Of a stretch of 64,000 nucleotides of DNA, positions 13,896 to 26,134 are shown piece after piece (the first letter of the stretch is position 1; every line of letters starts with the position of its first letter). This DNA is from Girardia tigrina (Eukaryota): NCBI GenBank assembly GCA_001938485.1, contig MQRK01231528.1, forward strand, positions 1 through 64,000. Reading direction: 5' to 3'. Below the pieces are notes generated by a model that ran no database searches, was not told the DNA's origin, and was given only the letters and a program-made list of their open reading frames with translations. Position numbers and translations under genes: made by a program.

Positions 13896-14402
13896 TGATA
13901 AAAATTCGAAGTCATAATTTTGTAAACTTTATTTCTACTACAATTTTTATTATTGAAACAAATTTATGAGGAACAATATTTCGATTACATAATCCAGATC
14001 TAAAAATTTTAAATATAAATAATAATATCGATGTATAAATATATATGTTATTTTCTTCAATTTTGCATAAATCTTATTTTGTTTCTGTTTTATTAATTTC
14101 TTTTACAATGTCTATAAATTTAGATCTTTAGAAATATTTTAATGGACATATCCTGTAAAAAATTCAATTCCTAAATAATTTTCTTTAATTTTAAATCATT
14201 CCATTTTAAATTATATTTTTTTTAATAAAACTTTCCGTGCACAATAACATTCTAATTTTATTTTAAATAGTGTTACAAAATATATCAAAATCTTCTTTAC
14301 AATATTCTTTAACTTCAAAGATGATATTTTAATTGTGAATTTTTTAAACTTAATTTTTATAAAAAATTTGTCTCAATTTAATTTAAATATTATCATTACT
14401 GT

Positions 14403-14640
14403 AAAATTTTTACAAAACTTATTTCATTTTAATTAGTAATATACTATCTGTGAAATATAAATTTTACAAAATTTATTTTAATTTAATTGGTAGAAATGTT
14501 ACCTATAAAATATATATTTTATAAAATCTTATTTATTTCAATTAGTAAAAAATATTATCTATAAACTTAAATTTTTTATTTAAAAGATTATTTCATTTTA
14601 ATTAGTCGAACATTATTTTTAATTTATCTAAAATATAAAT
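14403..14640. repeat. about four degenerate tandem copies of a ~57-bp AT-rich unit, in or next to the Gypsy 3' LTR
   Basis: Core like TTATTTCATTTTAATTAG recurs at about 14419, 14474, 14529 and 14588. Confidence 0.55.
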
Positions 14641-16532
14641 ATGATTTTTAAAAAATATCAAAAATTTAAAGTTCACCAAAAGGAACCCCGACATCCCCCT
14701 CGTTTTTAAAATTTTTGAATTTTTCAACATTTCGAATAAGTTGTCTACCATTTTTGTCTTCCAACTTGTAGCTTCTTTCGTGAATTCTTTCTATAATTTC
14801 ATAAGGGCCCTCGAATCTATCTTCTCCTTTCGTTCTATTTTCCTTTTGAATCCAGACCTTTTCGCCAACCTTATAAATTCTTCGCGTTACATTTTCCTCT
14901 GGCATGTTTTTTTTTCTTTTAGTCTTATTCTTGTATCCTCTCGGTTTATTTTGCTGTTATCATACCACAATTGTCTATCTATTTTCTTCCCAAATACGAC
15001 TTCTGCTGGACTGCACCCTATCGTCTTTTGTTTCGTTGCATTTATAGCAAATTCCACTTCCGGTAATATGTCTGCCCAACTTGTAGCATTTCTTTCTTTC
15101 AAACTTGCCTGTATGAATTCTCGTATTGTCCGAAACTATCTTTCAATTATCCCATTTGTGTTATGGTTATATGGGCTACAGAAAATCAATTCGATACATT
15201 TTGCTTCCAACATTTCTTTTACTTTTTTCGCTTCAAAACATTCTCTGCAGTCTACGTGGATCTATTTTGGTGCTCCAAATTTTAATATCCATTTCTGTAA
15301 TATCATATATACTATTGTCTCTTCTTCTTGTCTTTTAATTGCTGTCAAGCTCACGTATTTACTGAAATGGTCAATTATTCCCAAGATGTATCTTTCTTTT
15401 CTTACTGTCTCATTCCATGGTCCGCAGATGTCTATATAAACTTTCTCAAATATTTCTGACGTTGTTATTTTTATGTTTTCTTCCTTTGTCTTTGTGGTTA
15501 TTGTCTTTGATCGTTGACACTCCATGCATGATCCTACCACCTCTTTTACCGTTTTCTTTTCTTCTTCCATGTCAAACTTGCCCTTCAGATATTCGTATAC
15601 TTTTTCAGCTCCCGCATGGCACAATAATCTATGTGTTGGTATGATAAGATCGCTTCTTTTTTCTTTCGTTATCCATTCTTTCATACCCGCTCGGGCTTGA
15701 CTCCTCGTAGTCACTGCCAATAATCTCGTCTTGTTTTATTTCCTTTTTTCGCTTCTTCGTGTTCCATTTGGCATTGTATACATATGTCGCAATTCTGTCT
15801 TGATAACATATCAGCGTTGCCGTGCAGCACTTCCTTTCTATATTATATTTCGATATCCAAACTACTTAAGTAATTCATCCATCTTTGGAATTGAGCTGTT
15901 AAGGGTTTCTTTGTATGGAACATGAACGTTATAGATTTATGATCCGTTCTCAATTTAAATCTCTTCCCGTACAGATAATGGTTGAAATGCTGGCAAAAAT
16001 AAAAAATTGCCAAAAGTTCTTTCCTTGTTATACAATAACCTTTTTCATTTGCTGACATTGAATGTGATCCATATGCTATTACTTGCTCTTTCCCCAAATC
16101 ACTTATCTGTGACAGTACCGCCCCTATGCTATCAAAACTGGCATATGTATCTAAAATAAATTGTTTTCCGAAATCTGGGAAGCTCAGTATTGGTGCCGGT
16201 ATCAATGCTTCTTTCATGTCCTTAAACGCTATTTCGCATGCATCCGTCCAGATTAACTTTTCTTTATTTAAACCACACATTCCTTCTAATACTTTGACTT
16301 TCTTTGAATATCCTTTTGATGTGGACAAGGCCACCGATCGATCGCATGCTAAAATGCGACAGCGCAATATTTGCTCGTTGATCAATAAAGTTTACCATAT
16401 TTCGGTGGCGTTCATACTTTCGAAGGGTCGCCACCATACCCGCGCGCACCGTGATCCAGACGATGAAGGATCGGGGATCGGTCACTCGTGACACATCGGA
16501 AGTNNNNNNNNNNNNNNNNNNNNNNNNNNNNN

Positions 16533-16701
16533 ATGTCGACGATTTACAATCGATAAACGCGACAATCGCTCCACGGGAGTTGTTGTTCTGATGGATTCGG
16601 ATTGTTTGGATTTTGCCATGACTTTGAGACGTTTGTCTAATGTCGGTTTCTCCGCAATTTTTCGGTAAATTATTAATCCATAAATAACGAGTGATTCACA
16701 T
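16533..16701 (-). pseudogene. SPEN: 5' end (RRM1) of a SPEN/SHARP-like gene, stop at codon 2
   Basis: Not in the ORF track. Reads M*ITRYLWINNLPKNCGETDIRQTSQSHGKIQTIRIHQNNNSRGAIVAFIDCKSS, versus SPEN MVRETRHLWVGNLPENVREEKIIEHFKRYGRVESVKIL...AAFVDFVDIKSA. Confidence 0.65.
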
Positions 16702-16774
16702 GATTTGGAACAAACAGAAAATTTTGATGTGGATAAAGTCATCAATATCGGTTGCGCCAATCATCGCGTCACTC

Positions 16775-17145
16775 GTTCCCTCCTCGAGCGGCGGCCTCAG
16801 CATCCCCAGCAGCACAGCGTCAGTGGACAGCGCGTCCTCGAGCACCAACCACTGTCCTTGTCGCGGAGCCGTCACGAGGGCGCCCGCGCGCCACTGAGAG
16901 TCTCCGGGCGAGTCCGTGTAGCTGTATCCGCCCAGGATAGCGCGCGCATCCGCGTCGTCGCTCACTTGCACCCGATTGATCGATCGGCCCATCTTATCGG
17001 CCATGAAATCGATCAGTGCAAATTTACCACTGCCTACGGGACCGAACACGAAGATCGATCGATTCGCCGCGATAAATGTCGCGAAATCATCGATCTGCGA
17101 GGCGAATTGACCAGGTTGCACGAATCGGTTCATTCTCGGCCGATC
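16775..17145 (-). pseudogene. MDN1: midasin (MDN1/Rea1) AAA1 domain fragment
   Basis: FVFGPVGSGKFALIDFMA...VQVSDDADARAILGGYSYTDSPGDSQWRAGALVTA..GQWLVLED matches MDN1 'GPIGCGKTSLVE..VQLGDQTDSKMLLGMYRCTDVPGEFVWQPGTL..GHWILLED'. The Walker A motif is damaged. Confidence 0.85.
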
Positions 17146-19239
17146 NNNNNNNNNNNNNNNNNNNNNNNNNNNNNNNNNNNNNNNNNNNNNNNNNNNNNNN
17201 NNNNNNNNNNNNNNNNNNNNNNNNNNNNNNNNNNNNNNNNNNNNNATCGATTATTTATGAAACCACTCAATAAATTGCAATTGTGAAGACAAGCAAGTGA
17301 TTTAGTAAAATTTTTTATTTAGAAATTTAAAAAAGTACATATCATTGTTATTATTAAAACACCAGCAGTTTTTTTTCAGTTTTTATCAAAAATTTATTGA
17401 AATTTTTTTTTAATGCGCATCTGGATTTTTCAGTTTTAAAAATTTCAGGGGTCGCAAATCCAATTAAGAAAGTTTTTTTTCAAAATTAAAATCAAAAAAA
17501 TTAAATTAAATATCACTTAAAAAACTCTTAATTGGTTGCTACTGCTGATGCGATTTAGTGAACACTACACCTTTAATAAACCTTCTATTATAGTTGCAAA
17601 TTCTTAAAAAAACTTCTCAAATTCTTAATACATTTCGGCCTTTTGGAAATTCTCTATCGCTGCAATCTTTTCTGGATCTGTTTGTATCCCTTGGTCATTT
17701 ATTATGTGTCCAAGAAATTTTACTTCCGCTCGTAACATCTTACATTTCGCTGGTTTTATTCTTAGTCCTGTTTGTTGGATCCTCTCAAATACTTCTCTTA
17801 TCACCTTGTAATGTTCTTCCTTTGTACTTGTCGCTATTAGTATGTCATCCAAATAAACTGATGCCCCTTTCTTTATTGGTTGTAACACCTTTGTCATTAG
17901 TTCTTGGAATGTTCCTAGGGCTGCGGCTATGGCAAAAGGCATTCGTTTTGAACAAAACTGTCCTGTCTTGGTGGAGAACGCCGTTTTTTCCTGCGATTCT
18001 TTATCCAATTCTACTTGATAGTATGCATTCCCTAAGTCTATTGTACTAAAATATTGGGTACCGTATCCATCCATCATTTCAGCCATATTCGGCATGGGGG
18101 AATGCTTGACGCTTAGTGATTCTATTTAACTGTCTAAAATCTAGACATAATCTGATTTCGTCCTTGTCCTTTTTCCACACGCATACTATTGGTGTGTTCC
18201 ATTCAGAATTACATGGTTTTATTATTCCGTTTTTCTCCAAACTTTTTATAGCTTCTTCTAGTTTGTCTTCCAGATGTACCGGCTGTCTTCTTGGTTTTAT
18301 GTTTATGGGTCCCCCTGTTGTCTCTTTTCGGTGTTGTAGCAAGTTTGTACGACCTATATCCCAATCGTTTGCCATAAATACTCCTCCATGTTCGTGAATT
18401 ATTTTCTCTAGAGTTTTATCGTTCTTTGTATCTATCACTTTTAATGCCTCTTGAACGCGATTCTCGTTGGTGATTTCTTTTCTAAATTTAGTTTCGATTT
18501 CACATATGTTGATTCTCTCTGTTTCCTGATAATTCCGCTCTTTCCATTATAATTCTATTCCGAACTCTTTCATCAATGGTATTCCTCCGATCATCTCTGG
18601 TCTCAAATTTTTCACTATTACAAATCTAATTTTTTCGGCTTTATATCCAATCTTTACTATCGTTTCTATTTCTCCTCTGACTTCCATTTGTAGTCCATTT
18701 GCTGCGGTAAATGTCTGATTTGTCTGTTCCATCCTTATGTAATTTAAGTTTTTTTAATATTCCTTCCATCATAACATTCAACGCTGCACCCGTATCCAGT
18801 AAACATCCGATTTCTATGTTTTCTATTCTAACTTTTACACTCGGTCGGCCCTGTAATTTATCGTATGTAATCGGAACATTTTCACACTTATTAATAATTA
18901 GCAATTCTCTATCACCAAATGATTTTTTTTATAAATGTCACGACTTTCTGATTTTCTGGTTCCTGATGGGGTTTTGGTTCACTTTGTTCTTTTTGATTAT
19001 TTTTCTTAATTTTAACATTTATATTATTAATATCAACTTTATTATTTATTTTATTTATATAATTTATATTACTACTACTATATATATAATTTATATGATC
19101 TGGTTCATGCGCATGAAAACTTACTCCAGTGCCAAGATCGGTTCCTTGTCGTCTTGGCACGATTCGTTTTTTTCTATATGTTCTTGCTCTCCTCCGTATT
19201 CTTCCTTCTCCATCATCGTGATCTGTCTTCTCTTTCGAA

Positions 19240-19800
19240 CCCTACACATAAGTCCATTGTTTCAACTAAAGGAACATTAGTAAATAAACTGACTACATTA
19301 AAAGACACCATCACTTCCTCATTGGAACTAGCTTTGTAATTTAAGATCTGATTAACAAAAGCAAAACTGTCTTTACATTCCAACGCCTCAATAATCTTTT
19401 CAGAACTTTAGCAACATTATATTGCGTTGTGTGAATTATCGAGATGACCGGACGCATAGGAATACCCTCTTTATGAATTTTGGGTAATCCGTATAATTTA
19501 GCCGGTTGAGCACCCTGACTTATTAAACCGTTACGAAAGGATTCATTTATTTCTTTACTTTTTACTAATTGATTGATCAATTTATTCAATCTTTGTTCAT
19601 CTTTAATGGGTATCGGTATATTATTTTGTCTCAATTTAATCTCAGAAAATTTATCAGGTGTAATTATTTGCATCATTTTGTCTATATATTCAGATTTATT
19701 CTGTATATATACCCCTTTGCCTTTATCAGACTTTGAAATACAAATATCGTCTCTTTTCATAATTAACCTCATCCATTTTAAAAGATGAGTTTTCTGTTTT
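19240..19800 (-). mobile_element. Penelope-like RT N-terminal fragment abutting the Gypsy gag end
   Basis: ISKSDKGKGV...YGLPKIHKEGIPMRPVIS...YNVAK, a frameshift, then VSFNVVSLFTNVPLVETMDL. Confidence 0.9.
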
Positions 19801-20080
19801 ACAAAATGGTTTTGATTCACATTACGAACGACAGTTTTGTGAATCTCTACTAATAAGACACCACAACCCATCAATTAACATTCAGAATGGGCAAAGTAAA
19901 GTTATTTCAATACTTACAAGTTTTAATTAAGATATTTTTTGCCAATATTAATCAATAATACTTTAATAAATTATAACATATTTTTAAAATTATTCCATTT
20001 AAATTTAATATACCTTTTAAAATCATATTATTAAAAACAATTAAAATATTGAACTATTTAAATATTAAAATACTAAATTT

Positions 20081-20134
20081 ATAATATTGCTGATGATGAT
20101 GTATGTAAGCATCGAACTTGCTTTCACAAGACTC

Positions 20135-20143
<9 letters not shown>
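20081..20143 (+). ncRNA. hammerhead-like three-way junction (degenerate core)
   Basis: Stem I ATAATATTG/CAATATTAT, CTGATGA, stem II GATG/CATC, GAA, stem III CTTG/CAAG. Confidence 0.55.
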
Positions 20144-20186
<43 letters not shown>

Positions 20187-20588
20187 TTTAAGGCAAACTA
20201 AATAGTTTAAATCAAATGAAAATAAAATCCAACAATTTTATAAATTAATTACTTCAAGAAATATTTTTAAAAAATAAATTTTTCATTTACATGAAGTAAC
20301 AACTTTCGATTTAAGCAAATAAAAATGTTCACAAATAATTAACTAATTAGTTTAAAAGAATTCCTCTAAATATCTTTTTTAAATGTCTCTGAATTTTGGC
20401 AATTACATTAAAAAAACAATTTCATTCAGTAAATTAGTAAAGTTTTTGTACATAAAGAGTATAATTATAATTTTAATTTTATATTTATGAAGATAGAAAT
20501 ATGTATAATTATTAAAATTTAAAATCAATACAATAAAATTTAAAGAATATTTAAATATTTCCTTTTATTTTATTATATATATAATAAA

Positions 20589-20632
<44 letters not shown>

Positions 20633-20635
<3 letters not shown>

Positions 20636-21767
20636 TTTATTTCGAGCATTATATGGACTAGGAGATTACACAGCTTGAAATCCGAGTGTTGCTGCGTCAC
20701 TGTTGGAAGAAAGGGTTGACAACACGAGATGTTGAGAAGGCAATTTGCAAAGTTGTAGGTACACAAAGGGTCGAAAAAAGTACGGCAATTGATTGGTTCA
20801 AGCGCTTCAATAAAGGTAACTTTGACTTGAAGGACATTCCTCGTTCTGGACGACCAACAAAATTGGATAACGATGACTTGCAAGAAGAGTTGGACATGAA
20901 GCTTTCGTCAAGCACTCGCGATTTGGCATTTAAGCTTAGAGTTGGCAAGTCAACCATACATTGGCATTTGAAGCAGCTCAACTTTGTGCACAAGAAACCG
21001 CGTCAAGATCCACACGAACTCACCAAAGCACAGGACGATAAAAGATCCAAATTATCCGACAACGGCTTCATAATCCACGAGATGACCGCTTTTGGAAACA
21101 AACTGTGACATCGGACGAGAAGTGGGTCTACTTGGTCAACTACAACCGATAAAAGCGATAGGTTGCACCGGGTCAAGCAACGTCATCAGTTCCAAAACAA
21201 GATCGATTTGGCTTGAAAATCATGTTGTGCATCTGCTGGAACTTTGAGGGAGTCCTGCACTTTGAGTTGGTGCAGAACGGCCAGGCCATCAATGCAGAGC
21301 TTCATCGTTAACAGCTGGATCGCTTCTACGAGAAGCTCAAGGAGAAGTACTCTGTCTTAATCAACCGAAGACATGCACTGCTTCATCAAGACAATGCCAA
21401 GCCGAATACCGCCAAGAAGACCACGGGCAGGTTCCAAGAGTTGGATGGAGTCGAAATACTGCCGCATCCTGCTTACAGCCCCAATTGCGCTCCATCCGAC
21501 TAGGGCCTTCTCCTATCCATGCAACACTTATTGAATGACCGACGATTCGAAGAATTTGATGAAGTTGAACAAGCATGTCTAGAGTTCTTCAATTCGAAGC
21601 AGTCGGAATGGTGCTTTGACCAGATCCGAAAGCTAGCAGGCCGTTGGAAGAAAGTTGTCAAAAACGATGGACTGTATTTTGAAGATAATTGTTTTTTATT
21701 TAAAATAAATTCTTATACAAATAATTATATTTTTCATTCTTGACCGGAAACTCTTACGACAATCTAA
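20633..21767 (+). mobile_element. decayed mariner (DD34D), left TIR lost
   Basis: IRVLLRHCWKKG..WFKRF..RSGRP..VTSDEKWV..HQDNAKP..HPAYSPNCAPSD*. Right TIR ...CCGGAAACTCTTACGACAATCTAA. Confidence 0.9.
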
Positions 21768-21991
21768 CAAAATATATTGAATGTTACTCGTTAAATTAAT
21801 TCATTGAAAACATTCGATTTGTTCTTTTACTTAATGATTCGCGGTTCATCGTTCCGAATTTTAATGGGAAATTTCGGAATTTCATTTCATTTTTTACATA
21901 TTTAAATTATTTAAATTCTAACAGCAAAACGAGAACAAATTAACTTATCATGTCCCTCTTTATTAAGAATATCTTTTTAAACATTTCGGTC

Positions 21992-22260
21992 CTATTTTTT
22001 TAGGTCTCTGCCTACCAGGAAAACGCCATCCAGTGTCTTGCAACTTGCAGGGATCCATGCACCCAGAAAACCTACGACGAATAGGTAAAGCAAAACTAAG
22101 TGATCACGGTATTGTTCTTTAATTATATCGCGGAGCGGTTTGTACTCATCCAAGTTGTCGCTGTCCAAGTTCTCCTTCTCATCAAAAGGACACTTGACAT
22201 CAATCAATACTTTCCGCGTAAGATCAGGAAAGAATTCTTGCAAATCAACCCTCAGGGTTA
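21992..22260 (-). mobile_element. restriction-like endonuclease fragment of an RLE non-LTR retrotransposon (NeSL/R2-type)
   Basis: PDL..VLIDVKCPFD...YKPL...FVVGFLGAWIP, a PD-(D/E)xK RLE signature. Confidence 0.7.
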
Positions 22261-22334
22261 ATAAACAAACCTGCAGGTGACAATAACATACAGTTCAGCA
22301 TTGCAATACTCTTGGATTTCAGTCTTTAAAATGT

Positions 22335-22710
22335 CAACCTAGTTTAGCATTATAAATGTCACTAGTGTGAATCCTTGTATATTGAAGAAACAAATCGTCA
22401 CCTCAGTATTAGGATTACTGAACATACTAAATTATGGATAATATGTTGAAGTGACGAAAAGAATTGTTGGAAAGGACATGAAAACGATTTTCAGGTTTTA
22501 ATTACTAACTTTAATTATAATTATGAAATGAGTATTACTGAAGCACTGGTAGTTACATTTTTGAAACCCATTTTAAAAGTGAAAAGGGATTCCTCAAATT
22601 ATATGGAAGTATATTAACGTAAGACATAAATGATGTAATGGTTGATGATGCCATAAAGATAAAACATGTTTTCAATAAATAAAAATTTAAAATAGCGTTA
22701 TTCTCTTTTA
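22335..22710 (+). mobile_element. Penelope GIY-YIG remnant with degenerate hammerhead, same family as 8428-9230
   Basis: NLV*HYKCH*CESLYIEETNRHLSIRITEH, then TTGATGATGCC...AAAACATGTT at 22642-22670. Confidence 0.75.
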
Positions 22711-23859
22711 TTTTAAATTATAATTTATTTCAATTATATTACGAAACTTGATTTCAAATTTTTTTTAAAATGTTGTTATAAGATTTTAAAAATTATGTTT
22801 TAAAATTTAAACTTTTTAAAGTTTTTTTTTAATTATTTAATTTTTGTCAGAGAAAAGAAAATTAACTAACTTCTCATAATTATATTTTTACTAATAATAG
22901 AAATAATTACTGGAAACATTAATTATATAATTAAACAGTCATGCATTTAATTAATGGTAATTACTTTCATATCTGATGTAAACAAAATATCTTTGTTTTA
23001 AACAAAATAACAATATTCTTTTTATATTATTTATATTTGATATTTTTTGAACAAATACAGCATTATTTTCTTTTTTTGTAATTGTTTCAATTATTCGTTA
23101 AATCGATGATTAAATCTTCTAATTTTTGTTATTTATTCTTAATTGTTAATGTTTTTAATTAAATTTTAAAAATATGACTATTCAATAACATTTATTAATT
23201 TGAAAATTATTAAATATCTTTTGTTTGGTTTTTAATATTTTTTAAATGTAATTTTCTATGTTTGATAGTTTTGGTTGTGTATCTCTTCCCAAAATAATTT
23301 TTCATTTTAAAATTGCATTTATTGATGATATTAAAAAATGTATTTTATTAAATTTTTAACACTATGGAATATTTTTGTGGTAAGGGAGAATGTGTTCAGA
23401 AAACCCTGTATCAATTATTTTACAATCGACAAAGATTATTCTCTTCATTCTTCCAGATAATTCCACTTTTCATCTATTTAATCCAGAAGTTGTCAGAAGT
23501 TGTTCGATAATACTGAGCTGACTTTTAAGTATAAAATATGTCAAAATACGTATTTGTGTTCTAGAATTAAATTAACTTTGCCCGAGCAGTCTTTACAAAT
23601 CATTGTACTAAAGTACAGTTCTTTACAATGATTATATTGTTGGGGATGACAATTTTCTGTAAATAACAAAATTGTATGAAGTCTGTTATTATTATATGAA
23701 AATATAAATAAAATTGAAAATGTTTATTATTTTTCAAATTAACTATTACAAAGGAGTTAGTTAATTTTTATTTCGTTGAATGATATACAAATAATTTAAA
23801 ACTTATAATAGATTTAGAAAATATTAAATCTAAGTAAAAAAGATTATATATTGAAAATT

Positions 23860-24930
23860 GTATGAGGTCCTTGAGTATTATATTTGTTGAACTAAAGTCA
23901 AAGTTTATTAATAATTTACCAAAACAAATATTTGTCTTTCATCAAAGTATGCACCCATTTTACTGACACACTTTTACCATTTGAGCGGCAGCTTGTTGAG
24001 GCCATTTGAATGACTAATTATGGTGGGCTAGAATCTAAAAATTTTTGCAAGGCCATTTAACGGCATCTTCAGAATTGAAAGTTTTTCTATCAAAAAGTTA
24101 TTCAAAATGAGAAAGGAATGGTAGTCAGTTTAGGCTAGGTCTGATGAGTTTGAAGAATGAATATGTATTCAGAAGATCTAACTCAAGTTCCTATAGTTTT
24201 GTCACAGTTTTAAGTGCAGTATGTGGTTTTGCAATGACGTGTAGCAAAATAGGAGTCTACTGTTTACTAAATGAAGCTGTTTTTCGTTTATTCCGAATCA
24301 TATATTCCAAATGGTTCCAGTAAACATCTTCTGTGATCGAGGATCAGGTTTAATGAAGTCATAATGGATACATCTGCGGCAAACCAAAAAACACTTACCA
24401 TCAGCTTCTTTTGATGAATATTGTACTTTAGACTATATTTAGGGGTTTCATTCATTTCCACCCAGCTTGCTGAATGTTTGCAATTATTATATTGTATTCA
24501 CTCTTCATATTTTAGAACGAACATTACTAAGTAAGCATCACAGATCACAGATGAGTATAATGAATGATTTTATCAAACCCTTTCGACACAGAAACAGTAA
24601 TATCAAGAAACAGCAGATCCTAGAACGACAGCTGACTATTTTTGAATTATTTGTTTTCCCTAAAATATGAATTAATTTGTAATAAGTACTGTGTTACTGG
24701 TTTTCGATCTTGGACTTTTGCATATCAAATTCTTGATATACCGTCAATGGTAGTGTCAACAGTGTGAAGGTTGTGCTCTCTAGCACAAATAAAATTTCCT
24801 TTTTTAAATCAAAAAATGTTTGATGGAATAACACGATTTTTAAAAATTGTTAAAAAAAATGTTTGAATAGTGGAAAAAATATCAAATCGAATCTTGTACT
24901 AAAAGTATACTAAAGTCAGCAGTATATATA
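23860..24930 (-). mobile_element. highly decayed mariner
   Basis: C-terminal 'NGLNKLPLKW*KCVSKMGAYFDE' near 23935-24005. Length is about mariner size. Confidence 0.6.
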
Positions 24931-24938
24931 AAACCAAA

Positions 24939-24980
<42 letters not shown>

Positions 24981-26134
24981 CCAAATAGTTTCCAAATAAG
25001 TTTTCAGTTTTTATGATTTAAACATTCTTTCGTGACAAAAAAACCCTAAAAGTGTTTGTTGGTCAAGATAAAAATGGGAAGAAAGAGGGTAAAATCTCAT
25101 AGACGATTTATTTTTAGGGCTTTCAAATTTTCAAAAGTTAAACTAAAAAAGATGCATCCAAAGCCTTATAAAAATTACTTACTGTTAAAGTGTAAATCAT
25201 GGACGACAAAACATTAAAATTCTTAAATATGGATTAATCTTCAATATTCAATATTTATGTTCATCTAAAACATCTCTTGCAGGGTTTCATGTTTACAAAA
25301 ATTTTTTCGATAACAATTTTGTTAAAATAAAATAACTAAATATTTTAATTATTCAACAGGAATTTAAAAATTAATTTTATAATAATTAAAAAATTTATTT
25401 TAACAATTAAATAATTTTAATTATTTTCTTTATAAAAATCAAATTATTATTTTTATTATTTATATTTGATGTTATTTTTCATTTGATATAATAAACATGA
25501 TAGATCAAACAATTTTTTAAAAAAAATCTAAATTTAGTTCATTTATTTATAGTCATAAAACTGAAAATAAAAAAATATTAAATTATGAATGAATATTTAA
25601 TAGAAAATATACTTAAATAATAAAATTTTCAAAAAATATTCATTATGAATGTCAATAAGCGACTTCACGCTATTTTCGTGATTATTTCCCTTCAAATGTA
25701 CCGCTTCCCAGGGGATGGTCGAAACTATTATTTTAAATGCTAAATGTATAAATATGACATTTATTTCAGATACGATTTTTTTTTAAATATTTTAATATAA
25801 ATAATGCATTTTATAAATATATCATATTAAATTAATCAAATTTTATTACATTGGTAAAATTTAGTATGAAGAATTTATGATTTCTACACATTTTCACCCG
25901 CAAAGGTAATCACTTAATTTTGGGACCCCTTCCTCAAAAACCGATTACCATTTTTAGTTATTGTTTAATTACCACGTTTTTATTAGCTTGCTTTCTTGCC
26001 TGGAACAAATCTTGCGATTGATTTTTCGACCACTTTCAGTCATCCAATTAAGCTGAAATTTTTTATACAGGCTTGCTTCCGATGACAATACAATATTTTA
26101 AAACATTTACGGCTCTACATAAACCGCATATGCT

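Larger units (their letters stand above)
16317..17569 (-). mobile_element. non-autonomous TG...CA insertion with 5-bp TSD carrying host gene fragments (MDN1 + SPEN)
   Basis: CCTTT at 16312-16316 and 17570-17574. Minus-strand termini TGTAGTG...CACATCA. Removing the insert and one TSD copy restores Gypsy pol 'RRFIKGYSKK'. Confidence 0.75.
14666..19240 (-). mobile_element. decayed Ty3/Gypsy LTR retrotransposon (gag end, PR, RT, RH, IN, PPT, start of 3' LTR), interrupted at 16317-17569
   Basis: Protease CLLDTGA (about 18790), RT 'LCLDFRQLN..STIDLGNAYYQV..YLDD', RNase H 'FILDTYAS..KELLAI..RTDHKS', integrase HHCC and rve core. PPT AAAAACGAGGGGGA (14694-14707) is followed by TGTCGGGG. Confidence 0.93.

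Noticed and set aside
14403-14640. CRISPR-like array
   Set aside because: Degenerate tandem units without unique spacers, in a eukaryotic context.
14741-19280. Several long plus-strand ORFs (14741-15439, 16705-17286, 17594-18049, 18711-19280)
   Set aside because: Antisense shadows of Gypsy pol and the midasin fragment.
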